From the NCBI GenBank assembly GCA_905178155.1, contig CAJINV010000002.1:4465538-4529537 (forward strand): a stretch of 64,000 bases of DNA. The letters are read 5' to 3'. The DNA comes from Amoebophrya sp. A120 (lineage: Eukaryota > Protista > Dinoflagellata). Both the position numbers and the translations under genes were made by a program. Each line of letters starts with the position of its first letter. Position 1 is the first letter of the stretch. This document shows, piece by piece, positions 48,101-60,100 of this stretch. The notes under the pieces are model-generated. The model was not told the origin of the DNA, made no database searches, and worked only from the letters and a program-made list of their open reading frames with translations.

Positions 48101-51100
48101 CTAGGGGCGAGCTGTGAGCGCTTCCCGGGCACCGTGCTGCCAAGGGGCGAAAGCCCTAGGCCAGCGCGGGGACTCGGTCCCCGCGCCATGGCCTAGGGGC
48201 CAGCTCGTTGCGAGCGCTCCCCGGCGAAACCGTGCGGCCGACTTAGGGGCGAAAGCTCTAGGCAAGCGCGAGGACTCGGCCCCCGCGTCATGGCCTAGGG
48301 GCCAACTGTGAGCGCTTCCCGGACACCGTGCGGCCAATGGGCGAAAGCCCTGCCTAGGCCAGCGCGGGGACTCGGTCCCCGCGTCATGGCCTAGGGACCA
48401 GCTGTGCCTGAGCGCTTCCCGGACACCGTGCGGCCAAGGGGTGAAAACCCTAGGCCAGCGCGGGGACTCGCTCCCTGCGCCATGGCCTAGGGGCTAGCTT
48501 GCAGGCAGCACTCCCCGTGAATCCGTGCGGCCAAGGGGCGAAAGCCCTAGGCCAGCGCGGGGACTCGGTCCCCGCGTCATGGCTTAAGGGCTAGCTACGA
48601 ACGCACACTCCGTCCCCGGACAGCACACCGCGCGGCCAAGGATGGAAGGGGCAGAGAAGGGCCCTAGGGCAGTGCGGGGACTCTGTCGCCGCGTCATGAC
48701 CTGGGGGCCGGCTCCAGACCCGGTGGGTGGGCGCGCGCCAGTTTCTTCTTTTCTTTTATCTTTGCGCGCGGCCGGCTAATGAGTCTAGTGTAGTGCGCGC
48801 AAGCAAGGGGGCCGCGTCCGCAGGCCCGTCGCGGGCCAGTGAACGCAAGGCGCACCGAGATACCTAGCTGCAGGCGACCTGCCTTCCCAGTGCCACCGCG
48901 CAGACAAATGCCGGAAGGTCGCCGCACGGGGACTCTGTCCCCGTGCTCGGACCTTGTTTGTCATGCAAAATGACCATGACCCGCCAGACGATCAAGCTGC
49001 TTCGCATGACAAATTCTCGGAAGGCTAAATAGCACTGCAATCCGGATCAAACCTGTAATGCAAGACGCGCAAGGTTCTCCGTCTCACCTGTGCTAGTCTT
49101 GCATCACAAATTCATGTAACAGTTGAGAATGTAACGTTTGAGAACGCCATATTCCGGCTTTTCCGATTGGGGAAATTGATGAGGATATTGAGGACAGAGC
49201 AAGTATGGAACTGTCAGGATCGAAATCAACAAAATTGAAAAAATAGTTTGTGATGCATATAATCGATACCAGTTGGAGCCTCAGTTTTCGAGTGGCGCAT
49301 GACAAATTTCGGGAGCACCAATGAGATCCAGTCTCTCATGCTGTTTGGGCAAAGAAGACTGCTCCTGTCGTGCTACTCTAGCAGCGCACCGCGCTCCCCT
49401 AAAAAGGCTTGCAATTGGTCTCATTTGCCTACTCCCCAAGACAGGCCTTGCGTGCCCTCCATTTTATGCATTACAAATTTTTCGATTTCGTCGATTTCGA
49501 TCCTGACACGCCCATAGCAAGTGAAGGATTTTATCGAGCAGTGGTTTTCTCCCACGGCGTATCAAATGCAAACATGTCTGGGTCTGGAAAGAATGGGATT
49601 TGTGATGCTAATCTTCTATGCTACAAAATCCTGTGCTGTTGCATGAGCAGCAAAAGGTGCTTGGAATTTTGCCAGCCGAAGTGGGCATTTCTCATGCAGG
49701 AGAGGCATGAGCAAGCCTTCGCGAAAGGTGTGATGCTAGAGCATGCATTACAGGCAACGCGGGTATTAATGTACAGTTGTGCATGACAAACTCCCCCAAT
49801 TTTCCAGATCCAGACATATTTGCATTTGATACGGCGAGAAATCTGATTTCCCTCCTTCTCTGGATCTTCTTCATTTGCCACCTGTTTAGCTGCATGTGGT
49901 ATAAAAGATTGTTCTTGCAGATTTTCATTTTCTTTATTGTCATGCTGAAGCTGCAGAATGAAAATAAATGTGTGCTTGTTCATCTTTGTCGTGCAGATGT
50001 AGATAATATAGAATCAACATTATCAAGAACATGCATCATATCAAAAACCAAAAAGGTTCTTCGTCGGTAACGCCGGGTGGTCATGGTGCGAAGAAAAAGA
50101 GCACCCGGACTACCAATGGGCCCAGTTCGAAGCGGCCTACATCACTCCAGGGGTCACCTCAATAGCGAGCGCGCCGTTATCAAATGCAAAAATGTCTGGG
50201 TCTGGAAGAGTGCCAGGTTTGTCATGCATATTTTGCAGGACACATGATGCCTCTAATGCATGGCCTAGCATCACAGATTTTGAGAGGGCTTTCTGCTTCT
50301 GGTGCGTATTCCGCATGAGATATGCCCTCTCCGCGTAGCACAAACTGGACCCCTCTGCTGGTCATGCAATACAGACTTTTTTGGAATCCAAGGACAGCAT
50401 CACAAGTTGCAATCTTCCAGACCCAGACATATTTGCATTTGATAGCCGTCCGGATGGGACATTTTGAAAAACGAAGATTGTCAGTGCCCAATTTCTATGA
50501 ACTGCAAAAGCATCGTACTCACTAGTTATAAATCGCATGACAAATTTCCTCAGCATCAGAAATGGAATTTGTAATGCGGGTTTGCATTGAAAAAAAGATT
50601 TGTAATGCTGCAAGGCTGCAATTACTAAGAGTACGATACTTTTGCAGTTCATAACTTCCTTCCTCGGGAAGGACCCCATGAACAAGCACCCACTGGGGGT
50701 ATGCATTTCAAATATCCCTGGATGTCTGGAAGGATGCGAACCTGGCATTGTGATGCGCATTTCACAACACGGAGAAATCCCTCATGCATAGGCAGCAAAA
50801 GGCGCCCCTGCCCATTTCCTGTCATCAAAGTGGGGGATTTGTCATGCGTTAGCGCGAAAGTACCCCTAACGAAAAAATCTCCAACAAATTGCAAAAGTTT
50901 TCAAAATTTTTTGTCGTCGCTGTTTTGTTACGCGTTGCGATGGTATGGGCCGAGATGGCCAGCAGGTTGGGTCTGTGGCCGGTGTGGGGGAGTTCTGGCC
51001 GCGAGGCCTGGTGAGGCCGCAGGCCCGACGCAGCATAAAACTTGGGGCTGACAGCCCATCGCCCCATGGCGTGCGAGACGTTTTAGTGATAATTTTGGGC

Positions 51101-54100
51101 GCGAAAGCGTGTGTGCCTTTTTTCCAAAATTAAACCAAAAATAAATCGCAGGCGGGCCCGTTTTTCGGCGCCCAAATTTCCGGCGGACCGCAGACGGGCC
51201 GCAGACGGACTGCAGACGGGCCACACTTGACCAACAAAATAAATTTTCAAAATTCCCAAAGTCAGGCGATTCCTTAGGGTTTTTGCAGTCCCGAGTCAAT
51301 TCGGGATATTTCGTTTGCACAAAAGGGATTTGTTTTTGCAACAAGCGGAATTTGGGAAAAATTTGTTTTTGCACAAAAAAAATTTGGGAAGACGATATGG
51401 TTGGGGGGTAAGATTGGGGGTTGAGATTTTTTCTTGGCCGGAAGGCAGGGCGCCGTGTTGCGTGAACGCAATCCATGTCACGACTGCAGAATTAGTGCTC
51501 TGGGCCCGGATAGTTGGGCAGCTGCCCGCGCAAGTCGGGCCTACATTGCGAACGCTTCAACTTGGCAGGCCTCGACATTCCAGTTGCCCCGGTCATGGCC
51601 GCAGAAAGAGCCAGGTCCTTTTTGGGGGTTTTCGCGACGACAAAAAAAAAACGAAATTTGTTGGATTCAGATTCCTTAGGGCTCCTTTCTGCCCAATCAT
51701 GCGAATTAAGCAATGCGGAAGCTTCTCGAAATCTGTGATGCTAGGGCTTCCATGACAGACATTTTGTGTCATGCAAAAACAGCGTGACAAAAATCTGCAT
51801 TCTTCCCGACCCAGACATTTTTGCATTTGATAGGGGGAGATAAAATGCAACAACGACGTTTCCTGGGTCCGGGCGTTCGAGGTTTACCGCATGCCAAATC
51901 TCGGGAGGTACCTCACCGCACTGTACTTCGTCACAAAAACGGTTTTAGCGGTGGGATACGGAGATTTATTTCCGACAAACACCTCCGAACGGATGTTCTG
52001 CGTGTTTCTGGAACTGGCCGGTGCGGTGGTCTACGGTTACATTTTGTCCGGCATCACAAGGTCTGTCGACGGTCGAGGGCAGGAGATGTTGAAATTGAAA
52101 ATAGTAAACGAATGGGGCCAATTATGCAAGAAAAAAACTGTGTAAGTGTAAGTCTGTGATGCAAAAAATGCAAAACAGTTACACTTGTCATGCCAGACAC
52201 ATGAAGTCGTCTTTTTATGTGTGTTTTCACGTACTAGCATTGCATGACAGGCTTTCTCTCTCGTGCAGAGCAAATTTGTAATGTTGGCTCTCCAAGAGAC
52301 CTACACTAACACAGTTTTTTCCCTGGATACCAATATCGGGAGTTTGACAACATGCTGCGAAAAAGGATAAAACAGCACTACCAATACACACTGTCCAGCA
52401 CGCATGGGTATCAGGACTACATGCTCGTGGAGGGGTTACCAAGACATCTTATGGGAATGTCAGGATCGATATCGACAAAATCGAAAAATTTCTAATGCAT
52501 AAAATGTAGGGCACGCATTACCTGTGTTGGGGAGCAGGCAAATAAGACCGATTACAAGCCTGTTTAGGGGAAGACGATATGCTGCTAGAGTAGCATGACA
52601 GGAGCAGTCCTTTTGCTCAAACAGCATGACAGACTGAATTTTGTTGCTCCCGAAATTTGTCATGCGCCACTTAACAACTGAGGCTCCAACTGGTATAGAT
52701 TTTATGCATCACAAATTCTTTCGATTTTGTTGATTTCGATCCTGACATTTCCATACATCTCAGGAGCGAAATAATAGACCGGGTCTGGCCACACTACGTG
52801 CAGGCGCTGACACTGTATTTTGATGAATATTGGTTTCTTGTTGACGAGGTAGTTTTTCTTGTTTCCACGCGTTCATGATACTACACCGTGTCATTCTGTT
52901 CTGTTCGTGCCCAGGGTTCTTGTAGGGTTGTACTATGGCTTTCTTCTGTTTCTGTGCGAAGGATAAATGTAAATCGGTGGAATCAATCTACTAACCCACA
53001 ACAACAGGTCCCTCTTCCCCATACCAAAATCCCCGGACGAAGAGCTCATAGGCTACGACCTAGTCCGGGACCTCATGGGCTCTTTACGTCCCCAGCAGAT
53101 CATATCGGGGGATATTTTGTGCAAGCAGGACGACTTGCTGGAGGATATTTACTTCATCGTGTCCGGGACTATGGAGGGATTGATGGATAAAGACGGTTTC
53201 GCGAAAGAAGCAGTAAGGGAATCAATGGAATACACCAGAAATTGGCGAAAAAACGTCTGTATGAACTGCAAAAGCATCGTAGTAGTATGAATTGCAATAC
53301 AAATTGCCTCAGCATTTCATTTAGAAATGAAATTTGTAATGCGGTTTTACCTTGATAGAAAGATTTGTAATGCTGCAAGCCTTGCCCTTGCATTTATACA
53401 AGTACGATACTTTTGCATAGGATAGTCTCCAACCTAGCGGAGTCTGCTCCGTTTAGCAGTAGTCAAGTGTCCTTCGAAGAGCTGGCGACGAGATCAGAGG
53501 TTTATTGTTTACGCTTCTTCATCGATATGGTAGTTTCAGTTATTCCTCCTGCTACTTTGTCCTGCACTTTTTACTAGCTTGGCATCAAACAGGAGTACAA
53601 CTGATGCCATGTCGTGGTCCCATAGTATGGCATTTAGTTTTGTTGTCACCTATGTTTGGTGGAAAACAAAATCCAGGTCCACACTCTGGTTCTCGATTCT
53701 CTCCTCGTCGCGGTCTACGAGAAGTGCGAGTATTTCCAGACGAGATTCGACCCAAGAGCCAGCAACGACGCAGACAGGATTTCCTACTTCACCTACCTGG
53801 CGCAGTCCACATGCGAGCTCATCGCAATACCAACGGACGTGGTTTCAGGGACGTATTTTTCTTTCATGATAAGTTCATGATGTTCTTTTGTCATGCGGAG
53901 TCAGCTTGTCATGCAATTACAAATCTGCAATGCAGAAACCTCTTCAACACGACACCACCACAGCTACCGCGAGTACCACCCAGAGCACATGAAAGCCTCC
54001 GCCAGAAGGTGCACCGAACTGGTGCAAAATTATCAAGATGAAACTTTCCCAACACGACGTACAAATAATGCGGTGTCTGCATCACAAAACTTGCCTTCGG

Positions 54101-57100
54101 TGTCCTGGTCAGCATGACAAGTTTTACACTCTGAAAAATTATACGCGAAATTTCTCATGCATTTTGTACGTGTGCGAGGAGAAATTTGCATTGCATAAAA
54201 ACCTCGAGAGGTGTATCGGTTCCGGCGAGTACCCGCACGAAGAGCCGGTATGAACTGCAAAAGTATCGTACTCGTAGTAATTGCAGTCACGCAAGACAAA
54301 TTTCATTTTCAAGCGAAATCAGCATGACAAATTTCGTTTATCACGCTGAGCTAATTTGTGTTGCAAAAATACTACGAGTACGATACTTTTGCAGTTCATA
54401 ACCGGATCTGCAGAACGAAATGGTGAAGAGAAGGGCAATATGCATTGCAAAAAATATGTCTGGTCGTTCTGGAAACTTGTGATGCTTCGTGGCGATGATT
54501 GAGCATACTCCTGAGTGCAGCTAAGCATGACCAATTTTCTGATGAACACTTCCTAATGCGTAGCGCGCATTAGAAACTGCGCTTTTGCATGACAAGAAAA
54601 GGCTTCTTTTTGTTGGTCCTGCAATACAGATTTCACAGCAATCCGAGGCACGCAATACAGAATCCACTCTTCCAGACCCAGACCTATTTCCAATTGATAC
54701 GCGACGAACAAAATCTTCTACCACGGCTCCGATTGGCCAATATCCGATCTAGTCCGGATGGGCAAGTGCGAGAATTTTTTGCTGAAATCCATGGAGGAAA
54801 TGGTGTTGCAAACAATAGACGACTATCAAATGCGAAAATGTCTGGGTCTGGAAACTTGTAATGCTGTGTTGGGAAAAATAGTGAAAGCTCTGTAATGCAC
54901 AGCCAAGCATGAGAAATGTCTGCGCTTATTTGTGTTGCGTTTTTCGCATGAGAAACTGCGTTTTTGCATGACAGGCAAAAGGGTCTCTTCTTGGACACGC
55001 ATCAGAAACTTTTTTTTCATGCCAGACAAGCATGACAAGTCTCGCAATCTTCCAGACCCAGACGTTTTTGCATTTGGTAACGACCATCGGCAGTGGTACC
55101 AAAAGCACCAGGAGGAGCAGGAGAGGAAAGAGCAGGCCATAGCAAACGGGGAGATCCTATCCTGAGTAAAAACGTCCCCAACCCAGATTTGTCATGAAAA
55201 TCTGCATGCTAAAAATGTTGCTCATGCGGACCGCCATGGGAAGCATTTTGTAGTCGTGTTTCGAAATTTGTGATGCTCGAGACAGCACAATGGTCTACGT
55301 CTGTGATGCTGCTGAACGAGCTAAACAGGATTAATACACTACGAGGCCAAAACTGTCATGCGCAACAAGCAAAGCTGGTTGATTTGGCTAGCACATGATT
55401 CCCCATCTTGACTATGGGGTGGGGGGTTTTGCACAGGATAAATCCAAGAGGAATCAGACGAATTCGACGAAGTAGAAGATTATCCACATACAATTTTGCC
55501 GTACACAACGTCAACGTTGTACAAAATTTATTTTTTGCAAAAAAAAAATTGCAACATCTACTGAAAGGCCGACGCTTGTGCTGCTGAAACAAAACGGGTT
55601 GTAGACTCTTTTTATATCGTGCTGAAATGGTAAAAACAAGAATGCAAAGTAAACTTTGTGTAACCGATGTACGGTAAATTTCCTCTGGATAAGGTTGACG
55701 GGATGTCCCCCGAGCCCAGTCCTACGAACCCAGCTATCACAGGAAATAAAAGTGTCAACGTTAACGAAATTTGGCGTGCAGGATTGCACGACAAATGCTT
55801 CCCCAATTTGTATTGCATAGAACGCATGATAGAAAAAAATTGTCATGCGTGATTGCAATGCCGTAAATCCGTTATCCGTTAGCACTTTTCCCTGTGATGC
55901 GAGCGCGTCCGGCGGCAGCGAACTCTGCGGATTTGATTCTTATGCATTTTTTACACTCTAGGTAGTTGGTTCCTCCGACTAAAAGTGTCAACGTGCTTTG
56001 CTGGTTTTTAGTCTACTTTGCAGGCCGTCTACTACATCTACATATTTCTCTTGCATCACGAGAAAGGTATCATGAAGATGTTATTGCGCATTTTGCGTGT
56101 TATGAGATAGATTTACACTTCCTTTCGCCTGCTCTATGTGTAGTTCTAGTTGTGGTTGTAAAAAATGCTTCGATAAAAAGATGAAAAGTATGTAAAAATT
56201 CTAAAAATCAATATCCACAGAAGTACAAGCTTTCCACTTTTCCCTTTCATACGCCAATCCAATGTAATGCGGAACGTTAACGCCAAGCAGAGAGCAATGA
56301 CGAACCAGATCATGAAGCAACAGAGGATGAAGATAAAACGAAAACCGACTCTGAAAGCGCTAGACGCAGCGGAATCGCAGAAACAAGAAGAAAGGAGAAG
56401 AAATGCGGAACTATTGAAGCGGTGGATCATACCACCAAAACACCCCTACAAAATCGCATGGGATTCCTTCATGGGGATAGTCATCGTTTTTTCGGTATAG
56501 GATTTTCTTTTGAATCTTATCTGCGTCACGATGGTATGCCCTACATGTTGATCCCCTTGCATTTGTCGTGTCGTGAATGTGAAGATACAACAGAAGTCTC
56601 AGTAGGCTGCATGACAAATGCAGCGTCGAATGACAGACACAACGATGTCGAATCCACTTCACACAGGTCATCATAGTCCCCTACCGAATCGGTTTTGAAG
56701 TCACGCCAGACCCGGGTTCCGCGGGCGACGTTTTAGATTGGTTCGTCGACATCTTTTTCGCAATCGACATCTGTGCGTCGTTCCGGACCGCGTACGTGGA
56801 TAATCAAGGTCAGATGATCTCGGATCTGGCGAAGATACGGAAGAACTACATGGCGGGTTTTTTCTGGATCGACTTGGTGTCTACAATACCGTTCGACAGG
56901 ATATTCTCTGTTGGAAGAGGCGCGACGCTGATACGCGTGGTGCGGTTAATCAGGTTGGCGAAGTTGTTGCGGCTCGTGAAACTCACGAAATTACTCGACG
57001 ACTTGCAGGAAATCGGCATTTCCCAGCGGGCGTTGAACTCTGTGATGCTCCTTTCCCAGTTGACGTTTTTGGCCCATTTACTCGCCTGCGGATTCTTCTT

Positions 57101-60100
57101 TCTGTACTTGAGCCAGGATTTGAAGGGCCAGAACGCGTGTCGCGGGGGTGCGCAGTTCTGCACAAATAGAGGGGAAACGGACGGCAGTCAAGGGCTGAGA
57201 GGATGGTATTATAGGATTTTGTTTTGTTATTTGTCATGTAGTCGATGAGGTAGTAGAAGCAGAAGGAGTGTCTGCAATTATGCGTTGCATGAATTACAAC
57301 TCTCTTCGTCTACTTCATTCTATGTGAATACCGATCCCAGGTTCGGTGCCCTCGACTCATTGATACCCGGAGCCCAAAATGAAGACTACATAACAGCACT
57401 GTATTGGAGTTTCACTACCATGACTATCCACAGAAAAAAACCCATCCACATCGATTTTTTGCAAGACAAACACATGATTTGATACGTGTTTTGCATGACA
57501 AGTTGGATGTGGATGGTTTTTTTTCTGTGGATAATGACAACCGTCGGGTATGGGGACATAGCGCCCAAATCAACCGCAGAGAGGATTTACGGCATATTAG
57601 TCATGTTTATCGGCGGAACGGCATTTGGTACTTTACAACTAGAACACATAGTATGTAGTGAGGTCACGAACGTTCTAATCTAGCGATCTTTTTGACACCT
57701 CACCTGCAAAACGACCGGCAGTTTTCAAGCGGGCGGAGGTGTTTTTGGACGTAAAAGATTTCCATTTATCAAGCCGGCGGAGCTTTGAAGTCAAACAAGC
57801 CCGGTCGAAAACTATCGATTCGCACTGGATAAAACGACGCAGGGGAGCCGGCAAAAGGGGCGCCCTTCTGAGACGGTCACCGCCTTAGTTCCTGGCGGTT
57901 TCGGGCGCCCAAAAAGCAGCAGTCCGAAAAAAACAGCAAATCCGCATGGTATGGGCCTCATTTTGGCCCACATTCGGGCCCCGCAAAAGACGCCTTCAAA
58001 ATCCGCCATTTCAGAGGCGGACTGAAGGCCAGAAGATGCTGCATTTTGACAAAAAAAAACAAAAATAACAAAGCCCGCCAAAAGCAAAAAGCCAATCCGC
58101 ATGCTATGGGCCCGATTTGGGGCTCCGGAGAGGCCGACCCTGGCGCGGGCCCTGGCGGGGCCATAGCATGCGGGGAAGGTTTTTCGATTCGAAACCAAAT
58201 GGAGGCCGCCTCTGGATTGAGATTTTTAGCGACCGCCGTGCCGCCGTGCATAACATTACCCACGATGGCATGGTGGGCACAGAAGTTGCGTCCGTTTTTG
58301 GTGTGAAGACAAAAAGACCGCCATGACCTCACTACCTCCGCGGACGCGGCTATTATTGGTGCCGTTCTTTGCAGTATGATGCAAAGTAACCTTCCATGAC
58401 ACCATGCTGCTTAACCTAACGCCCGATGGTATCATGTGGAACAAGGAACACTGTTCATGATTCCATGCGGAGTGATGTTATGCACGGTGGAAAAATAAGA
58501 TACTGCGAAGGTCGAGAAAAGCGAATCAAAATGCTCGTCTGCAAATTTTTCAAGTCTCAGGTTACATCATCGGCTCCATTGCCATATCAGGAGAGTAAAA
58601 GTAGAGGGCCGACCAAAGCAAGAGGGTCGGAGAGAGGTAAAGTGAGAGGGTACGGAGAGGGTCGGGAGAGGGTGCGCCGTATAGGAACCCGTATAGCGGC
58701 GCTATACGCGCGCAGAGGGTGGGTAGAGGTTGAGTAGAGGCCAAGTAGAGGGTGGGGGGAGAGGGTGCAGAGGGTCGGAGAGGTTCCACAATATAGGGCG
58801 ACCCTCTAAGTGACCCTCTGCATCGACCCTCTCCGGGAACCTCTATTTTAGCTCTCTGCGGACCCTCTCGGGACCTCTTGGACCCTCTCCCGGACGCTCT
58901 CCGGGACCCTCTCCGAACCTCTCCCAGACCCTCTCCGAACCTCTCCCGGACCCTCTCCGGGACCCTCTCCCGGACCCTCTACCAGAACCGCCCGCACAGT
59001 GAAGCTCGCCCGCCTGCGCGCAGTGCCTGTGTCTTAGAGTAAGAATAAACAAAGCTGATAGGGCCTAAAAGTTAAGGTCTCCTCTGCAAGTTTTTCTTTT
59101 TTGACTCCAGGGCAGACCAGGGCGGCTGTTCAAAGTGCATGCGCCGCTCTGCGTCCCCCGGGGGGGGCGCGGCGCCACGCCTTAACGTAGGCGGCCACCT
59201 AGGGTGGCCGCAACTTCACACAGTGCCCGCGCGCGGGCAACAGGTGTTGTGTCTTTGTAGCGTCGTGAAAGTGGTTGCGACCAAAGTAGCGAAAGTTTTT
59301 CTCTGCCCGTTGTCTCTCGGCGCAAGCATAGCGCATTAGGCTTCGCAAGCACATGCAGGCCCCGCCGCGTGCTCGCTGCCTAACAGGATTCCAGCTCGCC
59401 ACCTTTTAGAAGCGGCGTTCCTCCTGTTCAGGGTGCACACCTGCAACAAACCCCCCCTCCAAGAAAGGCCAACAACCTCCGGCCCCGGGCGCTGCTTTTT
59501 TCGGAAACAAAGAACGCAGGCCGCGGCGGTATCGCTGCGTGTGTGCGCTGCGCTTTCTGGGCCAACCCCGTCAGACCAAAAAAAAAAAATCAAAATGCTC
59601 GTCTGCAAATTGTTCAACTCTCAGGTTACATCATCGGCTCTATTGCCGCCTCCGGAACAGACAGCAAGGAGATTTCAATGAAACCAGTCTACGATTTCTG
59701 CGACAGGCAAGGCCTCTCGGCCGTGATCCGGACGAAACTCAGGAAGCACATGACCTTCTACATGAGCCAGAAGAGCAACTACGATGAACAAAGTATAGTA
59801 TGTAAGAAGGAGTCTTTTTGTTCTTATGCGTAGAACTAGAATGCGATGCCGATGCTGATGTGTGCATGGTCCAGAACACAAGCATTCTTGGAAAAATTTC
59901 ATGAACAAACCACATCTGCAGCCTACCTCCTCGAGCTCCCCGTGCACCTAAGAATCGAAGTGCTCCTTCACGTGCATCGAGAAACGCTCTCCACCCTCCG
60001 GCTGTTCCGGCCAAGGCTATTATACCGGGATTGGTTTATCGCCCATGTAGTCTCCTTGATGAAGCCCATGGTGTGTGTCGCGGGGGATTTGGTTTACTCA

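Larger units (their letters stand above)
46876..48956 (+). mobile_element. Non-autonomous Helitron-like element nested in an introner
   Basis: Starts TTACTATCTAAACTGC; ends with hairpin GCACGGGGAC-TCT-GTCCCCGTGC then TCGGACCTTG; no TSD; inserted CATGA^TTTGTCATGC (same site is empty in the family F copy at 22716). Confidence 0.72.
46836..49151. mobile_element. Introner family F carrying a nested 2081-bp insertion (within the S4 voltage-sensor exon)
   Basis: Family F TIRs; DR TTCCG; 235 bp without the insert. Confidence 0.9.

Noticed and set aside
47252-48705. CRISPR-like array of palindromic repeats
   Set aside because: Whole units are repeated with no unique spacers, there are no cas genes, and the context is a eukaryotic intron.
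57690-58340. Additional mobile element in the long channel intron
   Set aside because: GC/AT-patchy sequence but no convincing termini or TSD found by eye.
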